Below are positions 14,978 to 23,339 of a stretch of DNA of 48,646 nucleotides, one piece after another (within the stretch, counting starts at the first letter, position 1; every line of letters starts with the position of its first letter). The position numbers and the translations under genes were made by a program. The stretch is from assembly GCA_946486465.1 (NCBI GenBank), contig CAMLTY010000003.1, positions 1 to 48,646 on the forward strand, given 5' to 3'. Under the pieces are notes generated by a model. That model was not told the DNA's origin. It did not search any database and saw only the letters and a program-made list of their open reading frames with translations. This DNA comes from an uncultured Mycoplasmatota bacterium. Lineage in GTDB: Bacteria; Bacillota_I; Bacilli_A; RF39; UBA660.

Positions 14978-17938
14978 ATGTTCAATATGCTTTATGTTAA
15001 GAGTAATTACTCTCTTTTATCTAGTCTTTTAACAATAGATGATATTATAGATTACAACATTAAAAATAATAGAACTAGTGCTGTTATTTGTGATGATAAT
15101 ATGTATGGAACAATGGAGTTTATTAAGAAGTGTAATCTTAAGAACATAAAACCTGTTGTTGGTTTAGAAGTTTCTATTAATAATTATAAAATCTTACTAT
15201 ATATAAAAAATTATCAAGGTTACCTTAATCTAATTAAAATATGTACAAGAGTAAATGATAATAGTAAAACTTTAGAAGATATTATTAACTATAAAGATAA
15301 TCTTTTCTTTTTAGTTCCTTATTCTAGTTTAGACTTTTACTTAGAATATAGAGATAAAATTAAGGATATTTATCTTGGCTTTAGTAATAAGAAAGAAGAA
15401 AGTGAGGCTTTAATTATTACTAAAGATATAGTTTATTTAAAGCCTTGTTTATATAAGAGTAGGGAATATAGTAATTATTTAAAATATTTATATTTAATTC
15501 GTGATGGTAAGACTATAAATGATAATATTAGTTATGATACTTTAAATAAAGAATTAGAAGTTACTGATATTATTAATACTTATGAAAATATAGGACTACT
15601 TAATACTTTAAAAATAGTAGATGAATGTATTTTAGAGTTTCCTAAACCTAGTTTATTATTACCTATATATGAATGTCCTAAGGGAGTAGATTCATCTATT
15701 TATTTAATGAGTCTTGCTAAAGCAGGTCTATCTAAAAGACTTAATAATAATGTTACTAAAGATTATCTTGATAGATTAAGTTATGAACTTAATATCATTA
15801 ATAATATGGGCTTTGCTAACTATTTTCTTGTTGTTTATGACTTTATTAGATATGCTAAAAAGAAAGGAATATTAGTAGGGCCTGGTAGAGGTAGTGCAGC
15901 AGGTAGTTTAGTAGCATACTCTCTTGGTATTACGGAAATAGATCCTTTAAAATATAACTTACTATTTGAAAGATTTTTAAATCCTGAACGTAAGACTATG
16001 CCTGATATAGACACAGATATTCCTGATATATATAGAGATGATATTATTAATTATGTTACTGAAAAATATGGTAAAAAAAGAGTATCTGGTATCGTTACCT
16101 TTGGTACTCTTGCTGCTAAACAAGTGTTAAGAGATGTATCTCGTATATTTAGTGTACCTTTATATAAAGTAGATAGGCTAACATCTTTTATACCTGTTAT
16201 GTCTCATAAGAAGTTAGAGGAGTTTTATAGGGAAAATGAGAAGTTTAGAGCATATATAAATAGCGATGAAACATTATCTAAAGTCTATAAAGTCGCTTCT
16301 ATTATCGAAGGCTTTCCAAGACAGATTGGAACACATGCTGCGGGTATTGTTATGTGTAAGAAGGACTTAGATGAAGTTATTCCTTTAACTAAAAGTGATG
16401 ATATGTACTTAACAGGATATTCTATGAACTATTTAGAAGAGTTAGGTCTATTAAAGATGGATTTTCTAGGGATTAGAAATCTTACTATTATTATGAATGT
16501 CATGGATATGGTTTATAAAACTAGAGGTGAAAGAATAGAGTTTAATGATATTCCTCTAGATGATAGAGATACTTATACTTTATTTGCAAGAAGTGATACT
16601 AGTGGTATCTTTCAATTTGAATCTAATGGAATGAGAGGTTTCTTAAGAAAGCTTAAACCTAGTAGTTTTGATGATTTAATCGCAGCGATTGCTCTATTTA
16701 GACCTGGTCCTGCTGAAAATATAGATTTATATATAGCAAGAAAAGAAGGAAGAGAGAAAGTTGTATATCAAGATAAGTCTTTAGAGCCTATTTTAAAAGA
16801 AACATATGGTATTATGATATATCAAGAACAAATAATGCAAGTTGCAAACATATATGCAGGTTATACATTAGGAGAAGCGGATATTTTAAGACGGGCGATT
16901 AGTAAGAAAAAAGTAGATGTTTTGAAGAATGAAGAAAGTAAATTTATAAGTAAAGCGAAAGCGTTAGGACATGATGAGAGTATTTCTAAAACAATATTTG
17001 CAAGCATCTTAAAATTCGCCGGTTATGGTTTTAATAAATCCCATGCTGTTGCATACTCTCTAGTCGCTTATAAAATGGCTTATTTAAAAGTACATTATAA
17101 GTTAGAGTTCTATGCTAATCTTTTAAATAATGTTATAGGAGCTTCCTCTAAAATGCAAGAATACTTAAGAGAGATAAGAAGTCATGATTTGAAAGTATTA
17201 AAGCCTGATATAAATAAAAGTACTAATAGATTTGTTATTGATGGTAATAATATAATCTTTCCGTTTTCTACTATTAAAGGTGTAGGAACAAGTGTTTCTA
17301 GTTTGGTATTGAGGTCAAGAGATAAAGAATTTACTGATATATATGATGCTTTTTCTAAATTAGTTAGAGGAGGAGTTACTAAAAAACAATTAGAGTCTTT
17401 AATAAAAGCTGATGCTTTTAGAAATTTAGGGTATAATAAAAAAACATTAATTACTAATTTAGATAGTTTAGTTAATTATGGAACTTTAACTATAGATTTA
17501 GATGAGAGCTTAGTATTAAAGCCAGAGATAATTATTACTAATGAATTTCCTAATAGTGTTTTATTAGAACAAGAAGAAGATTGCTTTGGTTTTTATATTA
17601 GTAATCATCCTGTAACTGCATATAAGAGTAAGTATCAAAATATTATAAGTATTAATAATTTAAGTAATTACTTTAATAGAATAGTTAATGTTATGGTAAT
17701 GGTAGAGAAAGTTAAAGCGATTAAGACTAAGAAAAATGAAGATATGGCTTTCATAACTGCTAGTGATGAGACAGGGCAGGTTGATTTTATCTTCTTTCCT
17801 AGAGTATATAAAAATAATATGGATATTAAAAAAGGAGATATTTGTATATTTACAGGAACAGTAGAAAAAAGATATGATGAATTACAATTAGTAGTTAGTA
17901 AAATTAATTATATAAGGAGAGAAAATGAAGAAGAGTAA
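14978..17938 (+). CDS. dnaE: DNA polymerase III alpha subunit, DnaE type (short, ~986 aa)
   Basis: GPGRGSAAGSLVAYSLGITEIDP, MPDIDTD, GTHAAG, DFLGIRNLT, FNKSHAVAYS and a C-terminal OB fold. ATG 14978 follows AAAGGAGAG. Confidence 0.95.
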   Translation: MFNMLYVKSNYSLLSSLLTIDDIIDYNIKNNRTSAVICDDNMYGTMEFIKKCNLKNIKPVVGLEVSINNYKILLYIKNYQGYLNLIKICTRVNDNSKTLEDIINYKDNLFFLVPYSSLDFYLEYRDKIKDIYLGFSNKKEESEALIITKDIVYLKPCLYKSREYSNYLKYLYLIRDGKTINDNISYDTLNKELEVTDIINTYENIGLLNTLKIVDECILEFPKPSLLLPIYECPKGVDSSIYLMSLAKAGLSKRLNNNVTKDYLDRLSYELNIINNMGFANYFLVVYDFIRYAKKKGILVGPGRGSAAGSLVAYSLGITEIDPLKYNLLFERFLNPERKTMPDIDTDIPDIYRDDIINYVTEKYGKKRVSGIVTFGTLAAKQVLRDVSRIFSVPLYKVDRLTSFIPVMSHKKLEEFYRENEKFRAYINSDETLSKVYKVASIIEGFPRQIGTHAAGIVMCKKDLDEVIPLTKSDDMYLTGYSMNYLEELGLLKMDFLGIRNLTIIMNVMDMVYKTRGERIEFNDIPLDDRDTYTLFARSDTSGIFQFESNGMRGFLRKLKPSSFDDLIAAIALFRPGPAENIDLYIARKEGREKVVYQDKSLEPILKETYGIMIYQEQIMQVANIYAGYTLGEADILRRAISKKKVDVLKNEESKFISKAKALGHDESISKTIFASILKFAGYGFNKSHAVAYSLVAYKMAYLKVHYKLEFYANLLNNVIGASSKMQEYLREIRSHDLKVLKPDINKSTNRFVIDGNNIIFPFSTIKGVGTSVSSLVLRSRDKEFTDIYDAFSKLVRGGVTKKQLESLIKADAFRNLGYNKKTLITNLDSLVNYGTLTIDLDESLVLKPEIIITNEFPNSVLLEQEEDCFGFYISNHPVTAYKSKYQNIISINNLSNYFNRIVNVMVMVEKVKAIKTKKNEDMAFITASDETGQVDFIFFPRVYKNNMDIKKGDICIFTGTVEKRYDELQLVVSKINYIRRENEEE

Positions 17939-18404
17939 TATTATTTTATCGAGTTTATTAGTTATAGTTTTATTAGGATTAGATTTAGGTTTAAAATATA
18001 TAGTTAGTACTTATTTAACATCTGTTAATATTATAGATAACTTCTTTTCTTTAACTTATGTTTTAAATGATGGGGCGGCATTTTCTCTATTTGCAAGTAG
18101 AACTTATCTATTAATACTTATCGCTATAATTTGTTTGTTCTTTATAATTTATGAGTTAAAGAATAACTTGGATGATAGAGTCCTTTCAATAGGCTATTCT
18201 TTAGTCTTAGCAGGATTATTAGGTAATTTTATAGATAGATTAATAGATGGTTATATAGTAGATTATTTATCATTTAAAATACTAGGATATAACTATCCTA
18301 TCTTTAACTTTGCCGATATCCTAATAGTGGTTGGAATAATTATCGTAATAATAAAAGAAATAATAAAAGAAAGAGGTAAAAAAGATGAAGTTAGAAGTAA
18401 GTAG
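17925..18404 (+). CDS. lspA: Lipoprotein signal peptidase II
   Basis: NDGAAFS, GNFIDRL and FNFADI motifs, with four TM segments. Confidence 0.9.
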   Translation: MKKSNIILSSLLVIVLLGLDLGLKYIVSTYLTSVNIIDNFFSLTYVLNDGAAFSLFASRTYLLILIAIICLFFIIYELKNNLDDRVLSIGYSLVLAGLLGNFIDRLIDGYIVDYLSFKILGYNYPIFNFADILIVVGIIIVIIKEIIKERGKKDEVRSK

Positions 18405-19275
18405 TGAAGGAAATAGACTAGATAGTTATATTGCAAGTAATAGTGATTTATCTAGGAGTAGAGTGTCTAAGTTAATTAGTGATGGTAAAATACTTGTTAA
18501 TGGTAAAGAGAAAAATGCTAGTTATAAAGTAAAACTAGGAGATGTTATTGAAGTAAGTCTTGATGAAGAGATAAATCTAGAAAACCTTGAACCTACTAAT
18601 ATTCCTCTTGATATTGTTTATGAAGATGAATACTTAATGATTATTAATAAACAAAGTGGACTTGTAGTTCATCCTGCTCCAGGACATGTTACTGATACTT
18701 TAGTTAATGCTCTTATTTATCACTCTAAAGTAAGTAAAGATGGTACCTTTAGACCAGGTATTGTTCATAGACTTGATAAAGATACAAGTGGTTTAATGGT
18801 AGTTGCAAAAGATGCTAAAACTATGGAATTACTTAGTGATATGATTAAAAATAAAAAAATAGAAAGACATTATCTTGCTATAGTTGATGGAGTTATCTTG
18901 CATGAGACTGGTACTATTGATGCTCCTATTGGAAGAGATGAAGTTAATAGACAAAAGATGGTAGTAACTGCTCATAATAGTAAAGATGCAATAACTAATT
19001 TTAGAGTATTAAAGAGATTTAAAAATAATACTTTAATAGAATGTATCTTAGAAACAGGTAGAACTCATCAGATAAGAGTACATCTTAACTACATTAAACA
19101 TCCTGTTAGTAATGATCCTTTGTATGGAAATCATAAAAATGTAACAGAGTTTGGACAAATGTTACATTCTAAGAGTATTAGATTTATACATCCTATGACA
19201 GGAAAAGAGTTATATTTTGAACAAGAGCCTCCTAAAGAATTTTTAGATTATTTAAAGAGTTTGGAGAGTGAATAA
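18385..19275 (+). CDS. rluD: 23S rRNA pseudouridine synthase, RluD/RluA family
   Basis: N-terminal S4 domain, HRLDKDTSGLMVVAK and GRTHQIRVH. Confidence 0.9.
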   Translation: MKLEVSSEGNRLDSYIASNSDLSRSRVSKLISDGKILVNGKEKNASYKVKLGDVIEVSLDEEINLENLEPTNIPLDIVYEDEYLMIINKQSGLVVHPAPGHVTDTLVNALIYHSKVSKDGTFRPGIVHRLDKDTSGLMVVAKDAKTMELLSDMIKNKKIERHYLAIVDGVILHETGTIDAPIGRDEVNRQKMVVTAHNSKDAITNFRVLKRFKNNTLIECILETGRTHQIRVHLNYIKHPVSNDPLYGNHKNVTEFGQMLHSKSIRFIHPMTGKELYFEQEPPKEFLDYLKSLESE

Positions 19276-19280
19276 AAAAA

Positions 19281-19310
19281 TTGACTAATATATGATATTT
19301 AGTGTAATAT
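19281..19310 (+). promoter_or_regulatory. Putative sigma-A promoter of the DUF5680-ASCH operon
   Basis: TTGACT (19281-19286), an 18-nt spacer, then TAATAT (19305-19310). Confidence 0.5.
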
Positions 19311-19367
19311 ATAAGCACAGGAGCAGAAATGCTTTATACTAATGTCAGGTGTCGTTAGACATTTTAC

Positions 19368-19396
19368 AAGGTTAGTCAAAGGTGGCTAGCCTTTTT
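19368..19396 (+). terminator. Leader terminator/attenuator hairpin upstream of the 19429 ORF
   Basis: AAGGTTAG (19368-19375) pairs with CTAGCCTT (19386-19393) with one G-U pair, followed by TTTTT. It lies between the promoter and the RBS. Confidence 0.5.
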
Positions 19397-19428
19397 AATA
19401 TTTGATAATTAAAGGAGATAAATAGATT

Positions 19429-19902
19429 ATGAATATAAATAACAAAGAATTTTTAGAGTTTTTAGTGAAAGCAAAGAAAGGTACTTATGCTAATAGTAAT
19501 GCTCCTAAAGTTATACCTAGTAGATTAAAGTCAAAAGATTATGAGTTTACAGATGGCAACTTTACTTATCATGATACTTATTTTGGTGGAGTTAAGTTTA
19601 TGGGTGAAGAAGTAGTTTATTATAATGATAATATTCTTTGGGGTATGAATTATTATGGAGTTACTTTAGATGATAGTCTAACAGAAGAATTGATGGACAA
19701 AGTCTTAAGAGTCGCTCTTATGAAGGTAGGAGAAGATAAAAGTGTTATTCCTATTAGAGGTCCTAAAGAGTTTATAAATGAAGACTATCTTTATACCTTT
19801 AATGTAGATGGAGATATGGAAAACTTTGTAGGTACTGAACAGATATATAAAGATAAAAAACTAATATATGAATTAAAATGTCATGGAGGAATTATAAAGT
19901 GA
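19429..19902 (+). CDS. Hypothetical protein, DUF5680-like (assignment from memory)
   Basis: AAAGGAG RBS. The YHDTYFGGVKFMGEEVVYYNDNILWGMNYYG core resembles proteins I recall annotated as DUF5680. Confidence 0.55.
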   Translation: MNINNKEFLEFLVKAKKGTYANSNAPKVIPSRLKSKDYEFTDGNFTYHDTYFGGVKFMGEEVVYYNDNILWGMNYYGVTLDDSLTEELMDKVLRVALMKVGEDKSVIPIRGPKEFINEDYLYTFNVDGDMENFVGTEQIYKDKKLIYELKCHGGIIK

Positions 19903-20318
19903 AAGTACTTAGTTTAACAGAACCATATGCAACTTTGATAAAACTTGGTAAAAAGAAAATAGAAACTAGAAGTTTTAAGACTAATTATAGAGGAGAATTA
20001 TATATTCATGCTAGTTCTACTAAGATACCTAAAGAGTGGAAGAATAATAAAGAGTTGATGAGTCTTGTAGATGTTAATGATTTAAACTTTGGACTAATCA
20101 TTTGTAAATGTAAGTTAGTAGACTGTGTTTATATGGATGAAGAGTTTTTAGATAAAATTAAGAAAGATAAGTTAGAGTTTATTTGTGGTGATTATAGACT
20201 TGGAAGATATGCTTGGATATTAGAAGATATTGAAGTATTAGATAAACCTATATTTGCTAAAGGAAAGTTAGGTATTTGGAATTATGAAGAAGATAAATAT
20301 ATAATGGAGGAAAAATGA
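19899..20318 (+). CDS. ASCH-domain (PUA-like fold) protein
   Basis: VLSLTEPYATLIKLGKKKIETRSF...GELYIHAS is an ASCH-like N-terminus. GTG 19899 overlaps the upstream TGA (GTGA) and follows GGAGGA by 8 nt. The listed ATG 19878 is the alternative start. Confidence 0.65.
   Translation: MKVLSLTEPYATLIKLGKKKIETRSFKTNYRGELYIHASSTKIPKEWKNNKELMSLVDVNDLNFGLIICKCKLVDCVYMDEEFLDKIKKDKLEFICGDYRLGRYAWILEDIEVLDKPIFAKGKLGIWNYEEDKYIMEEK
20258..20295 (+). repeat. Left copy of a perfect 38-bp direct repeat (TAAAGGAAAGTTAGGTATTTGGAATTATGAAGAAGATA)
   Basis: Identical to 21338-21375. The flanking bases differ on both sides. Confidence 0.95.
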
Positions 20319-21340
20319 TAGAAAATAATGATAAATATTTTGAATTATTAAATGATATTAAAAGAACACTAATAACGACAAGAAATAAAGTAGTAGCGAA
20401 TGCAAATAAAAATTTAATTTTAATGTACTATAATATTGGTTTAAAGTTAGTTGAAAATAATAAATGGGGTTCATCTTTTATAGATACTTTGGCAAAAGAT
20501 TTGAAGATTGAATTTCCTACAATAAAAGGGATGTCTGCAAGAAATTTAAGATATATGAAGAAATTTGCAACGGAGTTTGATAATGATGAATTTTTGCAAC
20601 ATGATGTTGCAAAATTACCTTGGTCATCTATAACAACTATAATGGATCGAGTAAAAGATAAAAATGTTAGGAAATGGTATATTAAAGAGTCTGTTCAAAA
20701 TGGTTGGGCAAGACCTGTAATAATACATCAAATTGCTAGTAAATTGTATGAAAGACAGGCATTATTAGAAAATAAAATTACTAATTTTGATACAACATTA
20801 AAATCTCCTAATAATGAACAAATAAAGGAATTATCAAAAGACCCATATATTTTTGATTTTATAACAACTAGTAATAATAAAGATTTAAAAGAATTAGATT
20901 TTGAACAAGAATTAACAAGGAATATAACAAAATTGTTATTGGAATTGGGAAATGGTTTTGCATTTATAGGAAGGCAATATCATTTAGAGATAGATAATGA
21001 AGATTATTATATTGATTTACTATTCTATAACTTAAAAGTTAGATGTTACGTTGTAATTGAATTAAAAACAACTGAATTTAAGCCTGAGTATGCAGGTAAA
21101 TTAAATTTCTATTTAAGTGCTGTTGATAAATATATTAAAACAGACAGTGATAATCCAACATTTGGAATATTACTTTGTAAAGATAAGAAAAGAGTTACAG
21201 CTGAATTAGCACTAAAAGATATAAATAAGCCTATTGGAGTAAGTGAATATAAAATTTTATCAGAGATACCTGAATTTTTAGAAAATACTTTACCTAGTAT
21301 TGAAGATATTGAAAAAAGATTAGAAGTTGAATCAGATTAA
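20315..21340 (+). CDS. PD-(D/E)xK nuclease family protein, DUF1016/YhcG-like
   Basis: The N-terminal YhcG-type helical domain (LILMYYNIGLKL...MSARNLRYMKKF) and C-terminal IDLLFYN...VVIELK (D...ExK) match that family. The start overlaps the ASCH stop (ATGA) after GGAGGA. Confidence 0.8.
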   Translation: MIENNDKYFELLNDIKRTLITTRNKVVANANKNLILMYYNIGLKLVENNKWGSSFIDTLAKDLKIEFPTIKGMSARNLRYMKKFATEFDNDEFLQHDVAKLPWSSITTIMDRVKDKNVRKWYIKESVQNGWARPVIIHQIASKLYERQALLENKITNFDTTLKSPNNEQIKELSKDPYIFDFITTSNNKDLKELDFEQELTRNITKLLLELGNGFAFIGRQYHLEIDNEDYYIDLLFYNLKVRCYVVIELKTTEFKPEYAGKLNFYLSAVDKYIKTDSDNPTFGILLCKDKKRVTAELALKDINKPIGVSEYKILSEIPEFLENTLPSIEDIEKRLEVESD

Positions 21341-21375
21341 AGGAAAGTTAGGTATTTGGAATTATGAAGAAGATA
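21338..21375 (+). repeat. Right copy of the 38-bp direct repeat
   Basis: Identical to 20258-20295. It contains the RBS region and ATG of the HAD gene. Confidence 0.95.
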
Positions 21376-22068
21376 TTAATAAGTGATTATGATGGAACAT
21401 TTTATCAAAATGGTATAGATATAAAGAAAAATATAGATAAAGTAAATGAATTTAGAACTTTAGGTAATTTATTTGTACTTGCAACAGGTAGAAGCTATGT
21501 TGATTTAAAAATAATGATAGATAAATATAAAATACCTTATGATTATTTGATTTTAAATCATGGAGCCTTACTATTATCTAAAAATTTAGAAGTTCTTAAT
21601 GTATTTATTTTAGATAAAGAGTTAGTTGTTAGTGTTTTAGAATATGCAAATAATAATAAAGATATATATGATGTAGTTTTAATTGATGTTTTTAAAAAGA
21701 AAGTAACAGATACTTCTAATGTTGTTAAAATCATGTTAAAACTATATAGTTATGATAATGCTCTTGATGTTAAAAAATATATAGATGAGAGATATGCTAA
21801 TATTAAATGTTATTATGAAAAAGAAGATAATCATTATTTAGTAGAGATTGTTTCTGTTAATGCTAGCAAGTCTTTAATGATAGAGAAGATATTAGTAAGA
21901 GAAAAAATAGTAAAGGATAATGTCTTTACTATTGGTGATGGTATTAATGATATAGATATGATTAGAAAATATAATGGTTATAGAGTTAAAAATGCTTGTG
22001 ATGAATTAAAGTCTATTACTAGTAAAGTGGTAGATAGTGTTAATTGTTTAATTAGTGAGATTATCTAA
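21364..22068 (+). CDS. HAD-IIB (Cof-type) phosphatase
   Basis: ISDYDGTF, ATGRSY and GDGINDIDM motifs. Confidence 0.85.
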   Translation: MKKILISDYDGTFYQNGIDIKKNIDKVNEFRTLGNLFVLATGRSYVDLKIMIDKYKIPYDYLILNHGALLLSKNLEVLNVFILDKELVVSVLEYANNNKDIYDVVLIDVFKKKVTDTSNVVKIMLKLYSYDNALDVKKYIDERYANIKCYYEKEDNHYLVEIVSVNASKSLMIEKILVREKIVKDNVFTIGDGINDIDMIRKYNGYRVKNACDELKSITSKVVDSVNCLISEII

Positions 22069-22133
22069 TTATATTAGAATAGGTTTATTTCTATGTTAAA
22101 ATATGCTAAAATATATAGCGAGGGGCGATGTCT

Positions 22134-23282
22134 ATGGAAGAACATATTATAGATATGAATGAGAAAAATACTCTAGCTATGAAACTTCTTCATTACTTTA
22201 TTACTGAAAAAGGGTATACTCCTATAATATTACAAGGTGCAGAAGATGAGATATGGCTTGAAAATTTAGATGAAGATTATAAAGTCGTTAGATTAGTAAT
22301 GAGATATATTCATAATGATGAACAATATAAATTTGATATATTTAAGACTAATAGAATCTTAAGAAAAATAAAGAAAAAGACTTTATCATTTAAATTAAAT
22401 ACTCTTAGCATCTTTTTAGATTTAGGTGGAGCGGTTAATTTAGATGATTTTAAAACTGATAATATAACAGCAGTTGAAGTTCATGAAGATGCTGATGTTA
22501 AGAAGAACAAATTATTAAAGTCTATTTTTCCTGATTTATCTCGTAAACTTAAATTTAATGAAGAGGGAATAGAATTATTTATTAAAGTTACTAATGATAT
22601 AAATAAACATAATCAAAAGGACCAAGAAAGGGTTGCTGATGTTTTTGCACCTAAGAAACCAATTGTTACTTATGCTTTAATTGTAATTAATATATTAGTG
22701 TTCTTTATTCCTATGCTTTTAGGTAATTCTGATATAGCAACGGCATATTTAGGTAGTTATGGACCATTTGTTAAGATGGGAGAGTATTATAGATTAATAA
22801 CAGCAGCTTTTGTACATGCTAATATTGCTCATCTTCTATTCAATATGTATGCTTTATGGATTATAGGAATGCAGTTAGAAAGCTTTATTGGTAAAGGGAG
22901 ATTCTTAGTAGTTTATCTATTCAGTGCTATTTGTGGTTCCTTATTATCAGTAGTTGTAACACCTGATGCTTTAAGTGTAGGAGCAAGTGGAGCGATATTT
23001 GGTTTACTTGGAGCCTTACTTTACTTTGGATATCATTATCGTATCTATTTAGGGACTGTTATTAAGAGCCAAATTATCCCATTGATAGTTATTAACTTAG
23101 TACTTGGCTTTATGGTACCGGGTATTGATAATGCCGCTCATATAGGAGGATTACTTGGAGGGTTTTCCATGATGATAGGAGTAGGTGTTAAATATAAGAG
23201 TAGTAGCTTTGAAAAAGTCAATGGGCTTATTGTTAGTTTGATATTCTTTGGTTTCTTAGTATATATGGCCTTATTCGCATAG
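22134..23282 (+). CDS. gluP: Rhomboid-family intramembrane serine protease (GluP/YqgP-like)
   Basis: Cytoplasmic N-terminal domain followed by TM helices. Motifs are HANIAHLLFNM, GASGAIFGLLGA and AAHIGGLLGG. Start may be ATG 22128 or 22134. Confidence 0.85.
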   Translation: MEEHIIDMNEKNTLAMKLLHYFITEKGYTPIILQGAEDEIWLENLDEDYKVVRLVMRYIHNDEQYKFDIFKTNRILRKIKKKTLSFKLNTLSIFLDLGGAVNLDDFKTDNITAVEVHEDADVKKNKLLKSIFPDLSRKLKFNEEGIELFIKVTNDINKHNQKDQERVADVFAPKKPIVTYALIVINILVFFIPMLLGNSDIATAYLGSYGPFVKMGEYYRLITAAFVHANIAHLLFNMYALWIIGMQLESFIGKGRFLVVYLFSAICGSLLSVVVTPDALSVGASGAIFGLLGALLYFGYHYRIYLGTVIKSQIIPLIVINLVLGFMVPGIDNAAHIGGLLGGFSMMIGVGVKYKSSSFEKVNGLIVSLIFFGFLVYMALFA

Positions 23283-23339
23283 GCCTTTTTCTTTAAATTG
23301 TTTTGCGAACAAAGTTTTAACAAGAGAGGAAGTGATAAC

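Larger units (their letters stand above)
20258..21375 (+). mobile_element. Single-gene insertion (1080-bp repeat period) bounded by 38-bp direct repeats, carrying only the DUF1016 nuclease gene
   Basis: Deleting one repeat plus the intervening sequence restores an in-frame ASCH C-terminus (..NYEEDINK-stop at 21384-21386) that overlaps the start of the HAD gene. No recombinase gene is present. Confidence 0.6.
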
